From an uncultured Candidatus Saccharibacteria bacterium (GTDB lineage Bacteria; Patescibacteriota; Saccharimonadia; Saccharimonadales; EFPC-124): a DNA stretch of 64,000 nt. Below the pieces are notes generated by a model. The model was not told the origin of the DNA, searched no databases, and saw only the letters and a program-made list of their open reading frames with translations. This document shows, piece after piece, positions 43,731 through 51,998 of this stretch; the stretch's first letter is position 1, and every line of letters starts with the position of its first letter. The position numbers and the translations under genes were made by a program. The DNA lies in assembly GCA_965225085.1 (NCBI GenBank), contig CBDDBE010000001.1:257641-321640 (forward strand), in the 5' to 3' direction.

Positions 43731-43816
43731 CCTTTACATTAGTAGACCTTTATATATAAAGATCACCTTTAACTATTAAAGATTATCTCCATATAAAGGT
43801 TCTACTAAGTAAAGAT
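43731..43816. promoter_or_regulatory. inverted-repeat / TAAAGAT-repeat region upstream of the recombinase gene
   Basis: Arms cctttacattagtagacctttatat (43731-43755) and atataaaggttctactaagtaaag (43791-43814) are inverted repeats differing by a 1-nt register shift. TAAAGAT occurs three times within 60 bp. Confidence 0.5.
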
Positions 43817-43886
43817 ATACATTCCTCGGGGAAGAACTATAATACAAGCCACAGAATTGGCGTATGCGCCAGAAAAGGATATAACT

Positions 43887-45524
43887 ATGAATAGCCGAAA
43901 TTTACAAAGCTTACGTTACTGCTTATACGCGCGAAAATCTACTGACACAGAAGATCGGCAAGTGCAGTCGCTAGACGACCAAGTAAAGGTCATGAAAGGA
44001 ATCGCTAAACGTGAGGGGGTTCGCATAATCGGCGAGCCTCTTCGCGAAAGCAAGTCAGCAAAACGGCCCGATGCTCGTCCTGTCTTTGGCGAACTGCTAC
44101 AAGAAATTGAGGATGGCAAAATTGACGGTATAGTGTGTTGGAAATTGGATAGGCTCTCAAGGAACCCTAGCGACTCCGGTCGTATCCAACAGCTCTTACA
44201 AGACGGTAAACTCAAGCATATTTTAACTGCTGAAAAGAGTTACTTCCCCGAAGACAACGCCATTGTGTTCAGTGTAGAGGCGGGAATGTCTAACCAGTAT
44301 ATTCGTGAGCTTGCGAGTAATACGAGACGTGGAATGCAGTCGAAAGCAGAAAAAGGTAATAAGCCAGGCGTGCCGCCCGTGGGCTACTTAAATGACCGAC
44401 TTGAAAAGATTGTTATTGCTGATCCTGATCGGTTCACTGCAATGCGTATGCTCTGGGATAAGATGCTGACAGGAACATACTCGATGGCTCAGCTGGTTCA
44501 TGTTGCAGACAAAGAGCTGCACATAACCACACCAGTTAGAGGCAAGACAGGTGGAGGGCCAATCGCCTACTCAAGCATGTGTGCTTTATTCAAAAACCCG
44601 TTCTACACGGGAAAGCTTCCCTTTAAAGGTCAGCTATACCCAGGCAACCATCCAGCAATGATTACAGAGGAGGAATTCGAGCGAGTGCAGCAGATTATTG
44701 ACCCGTTGCATACAACGCGCCCGAAAGACAAAACATATAACTTCCAGCTGCGTAACCTTTTCCGTTGTGGGGAGTGTGGCTTTGCGATAACCGCCGAGCA
44801 GAAGCATAAAACGATTAAATCTACGGGCGAAAGCAGAGAGTACGTCTACTACCACTGTACTGGGAAGAACAAGGCCATAAAATGCAGTCAGCCTAAACTA
44901 CATGTAAACGAAGATCAGCTAATTGAACAAATTAAAGAGAAGCTTAACAAATTCACGATTGACCCCGACTTCTACAAAATTGCTATCGAGGCATTGGCGC
45001 AGGAAGAAGATGAGGTCGTTGAAAAAGATCAGGCTAAAACACTGGCCCGTGATAAGGCTATCGAGAAAAAGAATCAAGCTATAACCAACCTACGTCGCAT
45101 GAGGTACAACGGAGAAGCTGATGATGACTCTTGGTACTTTGCTGAGATGCAGACGCTTGAAGACGAGCTGGAGGCGCTACAGAAGCAACGTAATGACGCT
45201 GAATATAAAGCTCGTGACTGGCGTGCCAAAGCCGACGAGGTGTTCACGTTTGCTCGCTATGCCAAAGAGGACTTTGACAGCGATGACTTAGAGAAGAAGC
45301 GCTCCGTAATTGTGAAGCTCGGCGAAGTGCTTACGATTTTGGATAGAACCATACAATTCACCCCTAATAAATTCTTCATTCCGCTTGAAAAAATGAATGA
45401 GCAGCAGAAACTGGCTCCAGAAATGGTTAGAACCGACTCCCAACAGAGGGGAATCGGTTCTAAACACGATGTAGTTCTATCTTGGCTCCGGGGGCGGGAT
45501 TCGAACCCGCGACCAATTGATTAA
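43887..45524 (+). CDS. large serine recombinase (integrase)
   Basis: ATG at 43887 (RBS AAAGGA). The resolvase-type catalytic domain has YCLYARKSTDTEDRQVQSLDDQ (nucleophile Ser) and DRLSRN. A recombinase domain, a zinc ribbon (FRCGECGF...YYHCTGK...C) and a coiled coil follow. The last 51 nt cross attR and the tRNA gene. Confidence 0.9.
   Translation: MNSRNLQSLRYCLYARKSTDTEDRQVQSLDDQVKVMKGIAKREGVRIIGEPLRESKSAKRPDARPVFGELLQEIEDGKIDGIVCWKLDRLSRNPSDSGRIQQLLQDGKLKHILTAEKSYFPEDNAIVFSVEAGMSNQYIRELASNTRRGMQSKAEKGNKPGVPPVGYLNDRLEKIVIADPDRFTAMRMLWDKMLTGTYSMAQLVHVADKELHITTPVRGKTGGGPIAYSSMCALFKNPFYTGKLPFKGQLYPGNHPAMITEEEFERVQQIIDPLHTTRPKDKTYNFQLRNLFRCGECGFAITAEQKHKTIKSTGESREYVYYHCTGKNKAIKCSQPKLHVNEDQLIEQIKEKLNKFTIDPDFYKIAIEALAQEEDEVVEKDQAKTLARDKAIEKKNQAITNLRRMRYNGEADDDSWYFAEMQTLEDELEALQKQRNDAEYKARDWRAKADEVFTFARYAKEDFDSDDLEKKRSVIVKLGEVLTILDRTIQFTPNKFFIPLEKMNEQQKLAPEMVRTDSQQRGIGSKHDVVLSWLRGRDSNPRPID
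45474..45488. repeat. island boundary direct repeat (attR-like)
   Basis: GTTCTATCTTGGCTC is identical to 36179-36193. Its last 6 nt are the complement of the tRNA 3' end GAGCCA. Confidence 0.75.
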
Positions 45525-45557
45525 CAGTCAACTGCGCTACCGCTGCGCTACCCCGGA
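45483..45557 (-). tRNA. tRNA-Asn (anticodon GTT), CCA encoded
   Basis: Hand-folded 75-nt cloverleaf. The acceptor stem TCCGGGG/CCCCGGA has 7 perfect pairs. The D arm is GCGC-AGCGGTA-GCGC. The anticodon arm is GTTGA-CTGTTAA-TCAAT. The variable loop is TGGTC. The T arm is GCGGG-TTCGAAT-CCCGC. The discriminator is G, followed by CCA. Confidence 0.95.
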
Positions 45558-45568
45558 ATACAGATGTC

Positions 45569-45597
45569 ATTATACGAATTTTGGAAACAGAGGTCAA
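45569..45597 (-). promoter_or_regulatory. sigma70-type promoter of tRNA-Asn
   Basis: On the reverse strand: TTGACC (45597-45592), a 17-nt spacer, then TATAAT (45574-45569). The -10 box ends 11 nt upstream of the mature tRNA 5' end. Confidence 0.65.
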
Positions 45598-45607
45598 TGG
45601 CTATCGA

Positions 45608-45693
45608 GTGCACATCCCAAAGGATCCTCCCGCAGACTGAGGCGCTGCTTGCGCCGAGGGCCGTTGTGCGGAAGGACCCTCTGGGATGTGCAC
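45608..45693. repeat. palindromic repeat element, copy 2 (intergenic)
   Basis: The core at 45632-45672 is 39/41 identical to 3953-3993. Here it is enclosed by the perfect 12-bp inverted repeat gtgcacatccca (45608-45619) / tgggatgtgcac (45682-45693). Confidence 0.7.
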
Positions 45694-45733
45694 CAAAAAA
45701 TACAGCCTTCCCTGCCGTGGCAAGGAAAGCTGT
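45694..45733 (-). terminator. Rho-independent terminator of the 45772..46131 gene
   Basis: On the reverse strand: acagctttccttgcc / ggcagggaaggctgt, a 15-position stem with 2 G-U pairs, followed by TTTTTT. Confidence 0.7.
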
Positions 45734-45771
45734 ATGTGGGCGTTTGGTTTACTATATACTACCCGCTAGGG

Positions 45772-46131
45772 CTACGAGAAAATGTTCGATACAAAATTAA
45801 TCGTGACGTTGACGACACCTCCGACTGCATTTTGAATCGATACAAAAATGCTAGGGTGGTTATCGTTGTGACCACCATTGCCACCATATCCTCCCCCATG
45901 GCCATGACCATGAGCGGCGACGTAGCTTAGACAAGCCTGCTTGGTTGCAAAGCCAAAGTGCGCAAAGCCAGGGTGGTCACACTGGCTTGCGACGACAGGC
46001 GGATTTGCCATATTACCGCTGTGAGCGGAAACTGAAGCTGATGCGAATACATTTGCCGACAGCGTCAATGCAAACGCGGCAACACCTCCGACAAAAAGCT
46101 TCCTTAGTTGTGATCTAGTTTTGAAGGTCAT
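45772..46131 (-). CDS. small secreted Gly/His-rich protein
   Basis: Start placed at ATG 46131 (RBS GGAGGGA) with signal peptide MTFKTRSQLRKLFVGGVAAFALTLSANVFASA. It contains the tract HGHGHGGGYGGNGGHNDNH. Confidence 0.5.
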   Translation of the reverse strand: MTFKTRSQLRKLFVGGVAAFALTLSANVFASASVSAHSGNMANPPVVASQCDHPGFAHFGFATKQACLSYVAAHGHGHGGGYGGNGGHNDNHPSIFVSIQNAVGGVVNVTINFVSNIFS

Positions 46132-46243
46132 CGTAATGAGAGTCTCCCTCCACTTAATTTTTTGCCCACGCAGGCCAATGTAGCAAAACCAGATTTTTCG
46201 GGCAAGCGAGTTTATTACTCGACCAAAGGTGATATTGCACTGG

Positions 46244-46681
46244 TTAATGCCTGAACCAAAACTTATTTTCGTGTCGAGCTTCAATGGCGAACATCACCAG
46301 CCCAAAACTTAGCAACTCGTAGGCCATGGTTGCCATGGTTTGCGCCAGCGTGGCAGCACTGGCCAGTTCCAGCCCGGTCATATATATAAGTGCCAGCACA
46401 GCCAATACAAGCGCCGCGCGACTAGGCAATCGCATGCATAGCGCCACAACGCCGCATGCCGCCGCCAGCACGGCCCCAACCATGCCCAGCCAGGCGAGGC
46501 CGAATAAAATCGGCGAGACTAGCACAGCTACCATGATGTCCCACGCTTTCTGCCGCTTCCTCGCTGGCACCGCAGACACTTTGGCGAAGCGCGGAGCGGG
46601 CGTGGGGCTTTGCCTGGAAGTGCTCGGTCTGGCCACCTTTCGGCGTGGTGGCTGGACTACATCTATAAAGCGCCTGTTCAT
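46244..46681 (-). CDS. hypothetical membrane protein (basic N-terminus, 3-4 TM helices)
   Basis: 145-aa ORF with an ATGA overlap with the upstream gene. Confidence 0.55.
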   Translation of the reverse strand: MNRRFIDVVQPPRRKVARPSTSRQSPTPAPRFAKVSAVPARKRQKAWDIMVAVLVSPILFGLAWLGMVGAVLAAACGVVALCMRLPSRAALVLAVLALIYMTGLELASAATLAQTMATMAYELLSFGLVMFAIEARHENKFWFRH

Positions 46682-48273
46682 CGCGCGACCACCCGGTACA
46701 GCCTCAGCGTCGGCGTATCGCGAACAAGTCGTACATCTGGCTGCCGGTCAAGAGCATCGTAATTCCGATAGTCATACTCCTTGGCTAGCAAAATATAGCC
46801 GATATGCAACCGGGTCAGCTCAGCTGCGACGGGCTCGCCCCGTTCGAGGCGCGGCAGGATGGACTGCTCTATGGTAGCCTTGGTCGCATCAACTGTCTGT
46901 GGCCACACGCCTGCCAGGTCTGGATTGTCGCCGGCGATGATAGGCGCATCGAAGAAAGCACTTGCCGGACTGGCAATAATTCGCCCACTGGCAAATCCAT
47001 AGCTCATATACAGATGCCATGGCAGGAACAGCACACGTTGCCGCTCCGCGCTGCCTAGTTGCTGGTTAATGTCGTACCAGCCGCGGGGGTAGTTGGTCGG
47101 CTGGAGTTGCCCGCCAAAGCCCCACCACATCGTCGGCGTATAGGCGACCAACAGAGCCACAATCATGCCTGCTACAATCCACTGCCGTCTGCCCATCCCG
47201 CTTAGCCGCCAAACCGCCAACGCCATGAAATACGCTAGCGCAAATGCAACAACGGCTACAAACTTTTGCGGCTCACGGTATCCCGCGAAGAACGGAATGT
47301 GCTGCGCCAACCAATCGCCACCGAATCCACTGGCGATGACCGCCGCAACCGCTACAATTGCGCTCATATATATAGCCCTGCCTTGTTGTTGCCTCCACGC
47401 CACAACAACGCCACAGATGACCAATGCCCATACCAGCAGCTGCAGGGCGCCCCATCCACCCATGGCATCAATGGGGACCACGAAAATCCCACGATTCTCC
47501 TGCCAAAACCCTTGCAGTCCCAGTACCGACCCAAGTGGGCCAGTGCCATTGGCATCGATGGTTGTAAAGGCATGTCGCTCGCTAGGACCAAAGGTGCTGA
47601 GTGAATCGGCGATCTTGCCATGGCCGAGCATTGTCGGTGGCAACCAGTAACTGCTTGCCAGTATGAAGGCCACTGCTGCCAGCATCCCATGCGTGGCAAT
47701 TGCCTTCCAGCCTGCCCGGTCGCGGCCTGCGATGCCAGCTAGGGCAAGGCCCAACACCACCACGTATCCTAGCGAATGAATAGACACAATACTCATAGCC
47801 GTTACCCAACTAGCAACAGCTAGGCCGCCCCGCGCACTCGGAGCACGCACAAATGACAACAGCGACCTGCAAAACCACGGCAGCAGCGCATACCCCAGCA
47901 GCACCCCGTACTGCCCCGCCATAAACCGATCGTACGTAAACGGATTGACCATATAAAACCCACCGGCTATATACGTAGCGACACGGCCGACCTTTGGCGC
48001 TTCTGTTCGCAGAAAGCGGTCCATCCCCACACCGCTAAGCAGCAGTATCGCGAACAGCAATGCTTTTTCGATCAAATCCGCCGGCAGTACGACGTTCAGA
48101 ACATGCAGTAGCGTATAGAACAGAAACGTATTATCCACCTGGTGCGGCATCCGAATCTGCGGCGTAAAAACCATATCCATGCTCAGCACAAAGCCTGGCA
48201 ACAACAGCGGAGCCATTACGGCCAGCGATATGGCCACATACGGAAGATAGCGTAGGAACGCGCGAAGCTTCAT
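46678..48273 (-). CDS. polytopic membrane protein, GT-C-fold-like putative glycosyltransferase/polymerase
   Basis: 531-aa ORF with more than 10 TM helices. The first loop motif SMDMVFTPQ parallels WDWVFPYY of the neighbouring giant protein. It has ATGA overlaps on both sides. Confidence 0.55.
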   Translation of the reverse strand: MKLRAFLRYLPYVAISLAVMAPLLLPGFVLSMDMVFTPQIRMPHQVDNTFLFYTLLHVLNVVLPADLIEKALLFAILLLSGVGMDRFLRTEAPKVGRVATYIAGGFYMVNPFTYDRFMAGQYGVLLGYALLPWFCRSLLSFVRAPSARGGLAVASWVTAMSIVSIHSLGYVVVLGLALAGIAGRDRAGWKAIATHGMLAAVAFILASSYWLPPTMLGHGKIADSLSTFGPSERHAFTTIDANGTGPLGSVLGLQGFWQENRGIFVVPIDAMGGWGALQLLVWALVICGVVVAWRQQQGRAIYMSAIVAVAAVIASGFGGDWLAQHIPFFAGYREPQKFVAVVAFALAYFMALAVWRLSGMGRRQWIVAGMIVALLVAYTPTMWWGFGGQLQPTNYPRGWYDINQQLGSAERQRVLFLPWHLYMSYGFASGRIIASPASAFFDAPIIAGDNPDLAGVWPQTVDATKATIEQSILPRLERGEPVAAELTRLHIGYILLAKEYDYRNYDALDRQPDVRLVRDTPTLRLYRVVAR

Positions 48274-51200
48274 TTCTTCTTACCCTTGCCCGCGGCGATC
48301 ACATGCCGATACACGCCCTCACTCGCCAGCTGGCGTTTGTGTCGCCGGTGTGTCACGGCAATATAACCGCCAGCCACAACGAGTGTTGCAACCGAAATGC
48401 CACGACTCACCACGAACCATCGCTGCGGCACAAACTCAGCTACCAGGTCGATGTCGTAGCTGCCATCACTGTTATGTCTACAACCTTGGGCGTTGGCGGC
48501 GCACAGCTGGGCTGGGTCGATGTACCACGCATTCTGGTAATTATTGAGCTGGAAATGATTGCCGGCGGCATCTACCCGTGCAAATGGCGACCACGCATTC
48601 ACTCGGCTCAGCTGGGCATTATCAAGCTCCAACCGCCACCCGGCATGGTATGTCTCGCTCAGGCTCAGAACAAATGGCGCCGATACATGCTGAACATGAG
48701 CAGCTTTTTCGGTAACGCTAATGGACCGGAATGCGATCTCCCCAGGCTTCGATAACGGTCGAAGTGGCTGCGACACCGCGTAGAACTGCTGGTCGACAGA
48801 GGGGACTGCTATGAGTTTAACGTTATCGTAGCGCACCACACTCTTTGTCCGACCGTCGCTTTCGTAAGCGTGCAGATACAAACGCCCGGCCGTCACAACC
48901 TGAGGCGTATGCACCCTGGTCGTGAACGTGTGCCACTGATTATCAGCGATGGGGATCTGTTCCTGCTTGCCAGAATCAGCACCCGTAAACTCCATATAGT
49001 AACCAGCTAGCTGCGCAGGATCGCCCTTATAGTCAAACCTTAGCAGATAGTCCGTATCGGGTTGAACGGCTACATCGACATGCTCGCAAGCCGTGTGGCG
49101 GGTCGCCTCCAGTTGCAAGGAATGCTCGCCATCGCTGGCATCGCCGCTGACGCTCGCCATAATACTGCCGGATTTGTCGTAATTATTACAATCAGCAGCC
49201 TTGTCCTGCCACGCACCTTGCTCAAACGAGCCATTGGCTATGATGTTACGGAAATCGAATGAATCGTCCTGCAGCCGCACGTTCACTGACCCCCGGGCAG
49301 GAGCCGTGTAGGCATGGTAGCTCGACTTCGGCGTCGGTATATCGAGCTTGCCCACCTCCTGCAGCTGGACCAAGCTTACATTGTCGTAATGGTTAATAGC
49401 CGGCTGGTCAGCATCGCTCGCGAGGGCATGGAGCGTCAGCTGGCCCTCGTGCGCGTTCTCTGGCGTCGTGATGAGCTGTGTTGCCTTATGCCAATCGGCG
49501 TCGGATGTGCTTTGGGTGCTACGCAGGGCACCCTGATCGGAATTGTTGAATCGCATGTACGAACTCGCCGACTGCGTATGCTGACCCTTGTAATCATAGC
49601 TCAGCACGTACGTCGCATTGGCGCTCAACGGAAAATTTGTATACGTGCAGGCATCGTGTCGGCGCGCTGTCAGCTCCAGGGAACGGCTGCCGTCCGTCGC
49701 GTCTTTGTCGTCCAGGTTCATCTGTATATCGGCATTTTTGTCGTACGCGTTGCAGTCGTTTACTTTTTGCTGCCACAAGCCCGATTCAAATGAAGAATTG
49801 GTAATTACATTCTGGGCATTAGAAACAAATACCTCCAGCATGCTATCCCCGTCCAGCCCGCCAATACGGCCCGACCCTGTCGTAGGGATTTGCACAATCC
49901 CTCCGTTCAGGCTGGCATAGTATTGCACGCCTTTGACGATACGGATGCGGCCTAGCACCTTGGACGACAGACTGTCGTTGTCCTGAACCAGCTGATCATT
50001 GGCGTACAGCTTACCGCTACTGGCCGTATAGAACACAATCGAGCCGCCTTCCACGCGGTACATGACCTCGCCAGGTATGCTGTTACTATATATGGTCACA
50101 TTGGTGTTCTGGGGCGGCGGCGTGACGGTCTGAGTAAGCGAGCTACGGTGTTGGTCGATGAGGCCTGGGCTATTTGGATTGGCAAAAAGCGGTGTAACCG
50201 AACCAAACGTCCCAGCAGGCGGATGGTCGCTGGGCGTAACGTAGCTAAACTGCCGATCTGGAAACGTCTGCTGCACAAATGACCGTGCCGCTTCGGCGTC
50301 GTCGGTCGAGCTCGCCTGGTACACCGAACTGACCGACGAGATACGCGGTGCATAGTTGGTAACCTCCAGGATATGCGGGCTCACAGCCTTTAGCTTGCCC
50401 GGATTGGCCTCGAGCAGCTGCGATAGAAAATCCGGATTGTTCTTGATAAGCGACACGTCGCCGCCGTATGTCGAGGGCGGGACGTAACGATCATAATATG
50501 ACTCGTATATATTGCTGAGGTCATAAATATACCGCACATTGTAAGGCTGCAGTACATCGACATTCATCGATTGAAGTAACCGGTACTGGACCGAGCTCTT
50601 GAAATCCTGAGGTTTGACGGAATTTTCAACAAATTGCTGGCTGCTAAATGCACTGAGGCTGTCATGACCACTGTTGCGAAGTGGCAAATTGTCCTGGAAC
50701 CGCATCGGAAACTTCGTAAGCGCCAGCTGGTCAAAGAACGGATACACCAGCGCGCGCTGGTCGGCATCGTGGTGTGTAGCCGCAAATTGCTGGAACTCGG
50801 CAAACTGCTGCCGCACGCTCGCAAAGCTAATAACCTGCGTATCGGCGCGGTATTTCACAAACCCAATCACCACCACAATCATCAGCCACGCCACGCTGAG
50901 CCATTTCATCCAACCCCGCGGCATCAGACGCGCCATCAGCACCAGCAGCGCCAGCACTGCCAGCGGCGCAAAATGCCCCACCTCGCGGAACATCGGATAC
51001 AGCATAGTGATGGGACCGAGGTTAAAAATCTGGAACATCCCGGTCGCCAGAAACAACATCACTAGCATAAAGCTCATCAAAAACACATCTTCGACCTGCT
51101 TGCGTTTGGCCCGCAGCAGCATCAACACCACCAGGATAAACAGCAGCCCATACAGGAGCAGCTCAGGCGTGCTATAAAACCGCGATATCAACGTTGCTTT

Positions 51201-51998
51201 CGAGAAGCTAAAGCTAAAAATATTGAGATAATTGGCGTCGGTCAGCCCCTTGAACGTCGCCTTGGCCGCCTGGCCGCTGACGGCAGCCAAGTTTGCTCCG
51301 CCAAACAGAAAGTTCGACAGCCACACCAAGCTCAGCAGTATGGGGATGGCCATAGACACTACGCCATACCTTAGCCGCCACACGTCTGGCCTAAAAACAA
51401 AAAACAATCCAATACATATGCCCGCCACGACAAATAACTGGATCTGCACACCTATCACGGCAACCACCAACCCCAGCACAATCGCACTTCGCAGTGTTGC
51501 CCGGTATCTATACAGGAGGAAATACACCAGATAGATGAACGCAGCATACGCGACCAGATAGTCAACATATCCCGCTATAAAGTTATAAAAAATCACCGGA
51601 TTGACGAATGCCATCAACCCCAACAGAAACGCCGTTCCTGCGCCAGTATGACGCCTGGCAATCAAATACGTCAGATACGCGCCAACGGTAAAGGTCGCAA
51701 CCAATACACCAAACAGCAGCAGCTCTGGTGGCACAAATCGGAAAAGCCCAATAAAAAACCGCAGCAGATAGTCGGTCGAATAGCCGAGTGGGCTGCCATT
51801 ACCGTCGCTCGTCCATGCTTCTGCCGCCCGGCCAAAGAAATTGCCGATCTCGCTGGTATAATACGGGAACACCCAGTCCCAATACTGGCCAACGCCGCCA
51901 GCGGCTCGCCCCAGCAGTAGCATAAAGAACGCCGCGTAAAGTATCACGACCATCCCCCTGCCCTTTGGCACAAACCGGCTCAGGCGTTTACTATTCAT
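48270..51998 (-). CDS. giant membrane protein: GT-C-like polytopic N-domain + extracytoplasmic region with two tandem CBM-like modules + C-terminal TM anchor
   Basis: ATG at 51998 (the track's TTG at 52010 is the alternative). The N-terminal about 400 aa is polytopic. The repeats begin ITNSSFESGLWQQKVNDCNAYDKNADI... and IANGSFEQGAWQDKAADCNNYDKSGSI.... The C-terminal TM helix is WFVVSRGISVATLVVAGGYIAV. Confidence 0.7.
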   Translation of the reverse strand: MNSKRLSRFVPKGRGMVVILYAAFFMLLLGRAAGGVGQYWDWVFPYYTSEIGNFFGRAAEAWTSDGNGSPLGYSTDYLLRFFIGLFRFVPPELLLFGVLVATFTVGAYLTYLIARRHTGAGTAFLLGLMAFVNPVIFYNFIAGYVDYLVAYAAFIYLVYFLLYRYRATLRSAIVLGLVVAVIGVQIQLFVVAGICIGLFFVFRPDVWRLRYGVVSMAIPILLSLVWLSNFLFGGANLAAVSGQAAKATFKGLTDANYLNIFSFSFSKATLISRFYSTPELLLYGLLFILVVLMLLRAKRKQVEDVFLMSFMLVMLFLATGMFQIFNLGPITMLYPMFREVGHFAPLAVLALLVLMARLMPRGWMKWLSVAWLMIVVVIGFVKYRADTQVISFASVRQQFAEFQQFAATHHDADQRALVYPFFDQLALTKFPMRFQDNLPLRNSGHDSLSAFSSQQFVENSVKPQDFKSSVQYRLLQSMNVDVLQPYNVRYIYDLSNIYESYYDRYVPPSTYGGDVSLIKNNPDFLSQLLEANPGKLKAVSPHILEVTNYAPRISSVSSVYQASSTDDAEAARSFVQQTFPDRQFSYVTPSDHPPAGTFGSVTPLFANPNSPGLIDQHRSSLTQTVTPPPQNTNVTIYSNSIPGEVMYRVEGGSIVFYTASSGKLYANDQLVQDNDSLSSKVLGRIRIVKGVQYYASLNGGIVQIPTTGSGRIGGLDGDSMLEVFVSNAQNVITNSSFESGLWQQKVNDCNAYDKNADIQMNLDDKDATDGSRSLELTARRHDACTYTNFPLSANATYVLSYDYKGQHTQSASSYMRFNNSDQGALRSTQSTSDADWHKATQLITTPENAHEGQLTLHALASDADQPAINHYDNVSLVQLQEVGKLDIPTPKSSYHAYTAPARGSVNVRLQDDSFDFRNIIANGSFEQGAWQDKAADCNNYDKSGSIMASVSGDASDGEHSLQLEATRHTACEHVDVAVQPDTDYLLRFDYKGDPAQLAGYYMEFTGADSGKQEQIPIADNQWHTFTTRVHTPQVVTAGRLYLHAYESDGRTKSVVRYDNVKLIAVPSVDQQFYAVSQPLRPLSKPGEIAFRSISVTEKAAHVQHVSAPFVLSLSETYHAGWRLELDNAQLSRVNAWSPFARVDAAGNHFQLNNYQNAWYIDPAQLCAANAQGCRHNSDGSYDIDLVAEFVPQRWFVVSRGISVATLVVAGGYIAVTHRRHKRQLASEGVYRHVIAAGKGKKK

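Larger units (their letters stand above)
36179..45488. mobile_element. about 9.3-kb integrative genomic island at tRNA-Asn with a large serine recombinase
   Basis: It has 15-bp perfect direct repeats at both ends, a recombinase at the tRNA-proximal end and a displaced tRNA terminator outside attL. Its G+C looks lower by eye. It has no phage structural genes. Confidence 0.75.

Noticed and set aside
36179-45488. Interpretation of the island as a prophage
   Set aside because: There are no capsid, portal, tail, terminase-large or lysis genes. At 9.3 kb, with only small HTH and orphan genes, it better fits an integrative (possibly mobilisable) island.
45517-45930. 137-aa and 78-aa plus-strand ORFs spanning the tRNA-Asn region
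   Set aside because: They run through the tRNA gene, its promoter, the palindromic element and a terminator. There is no RBS, and they are explained by those non-coding features.
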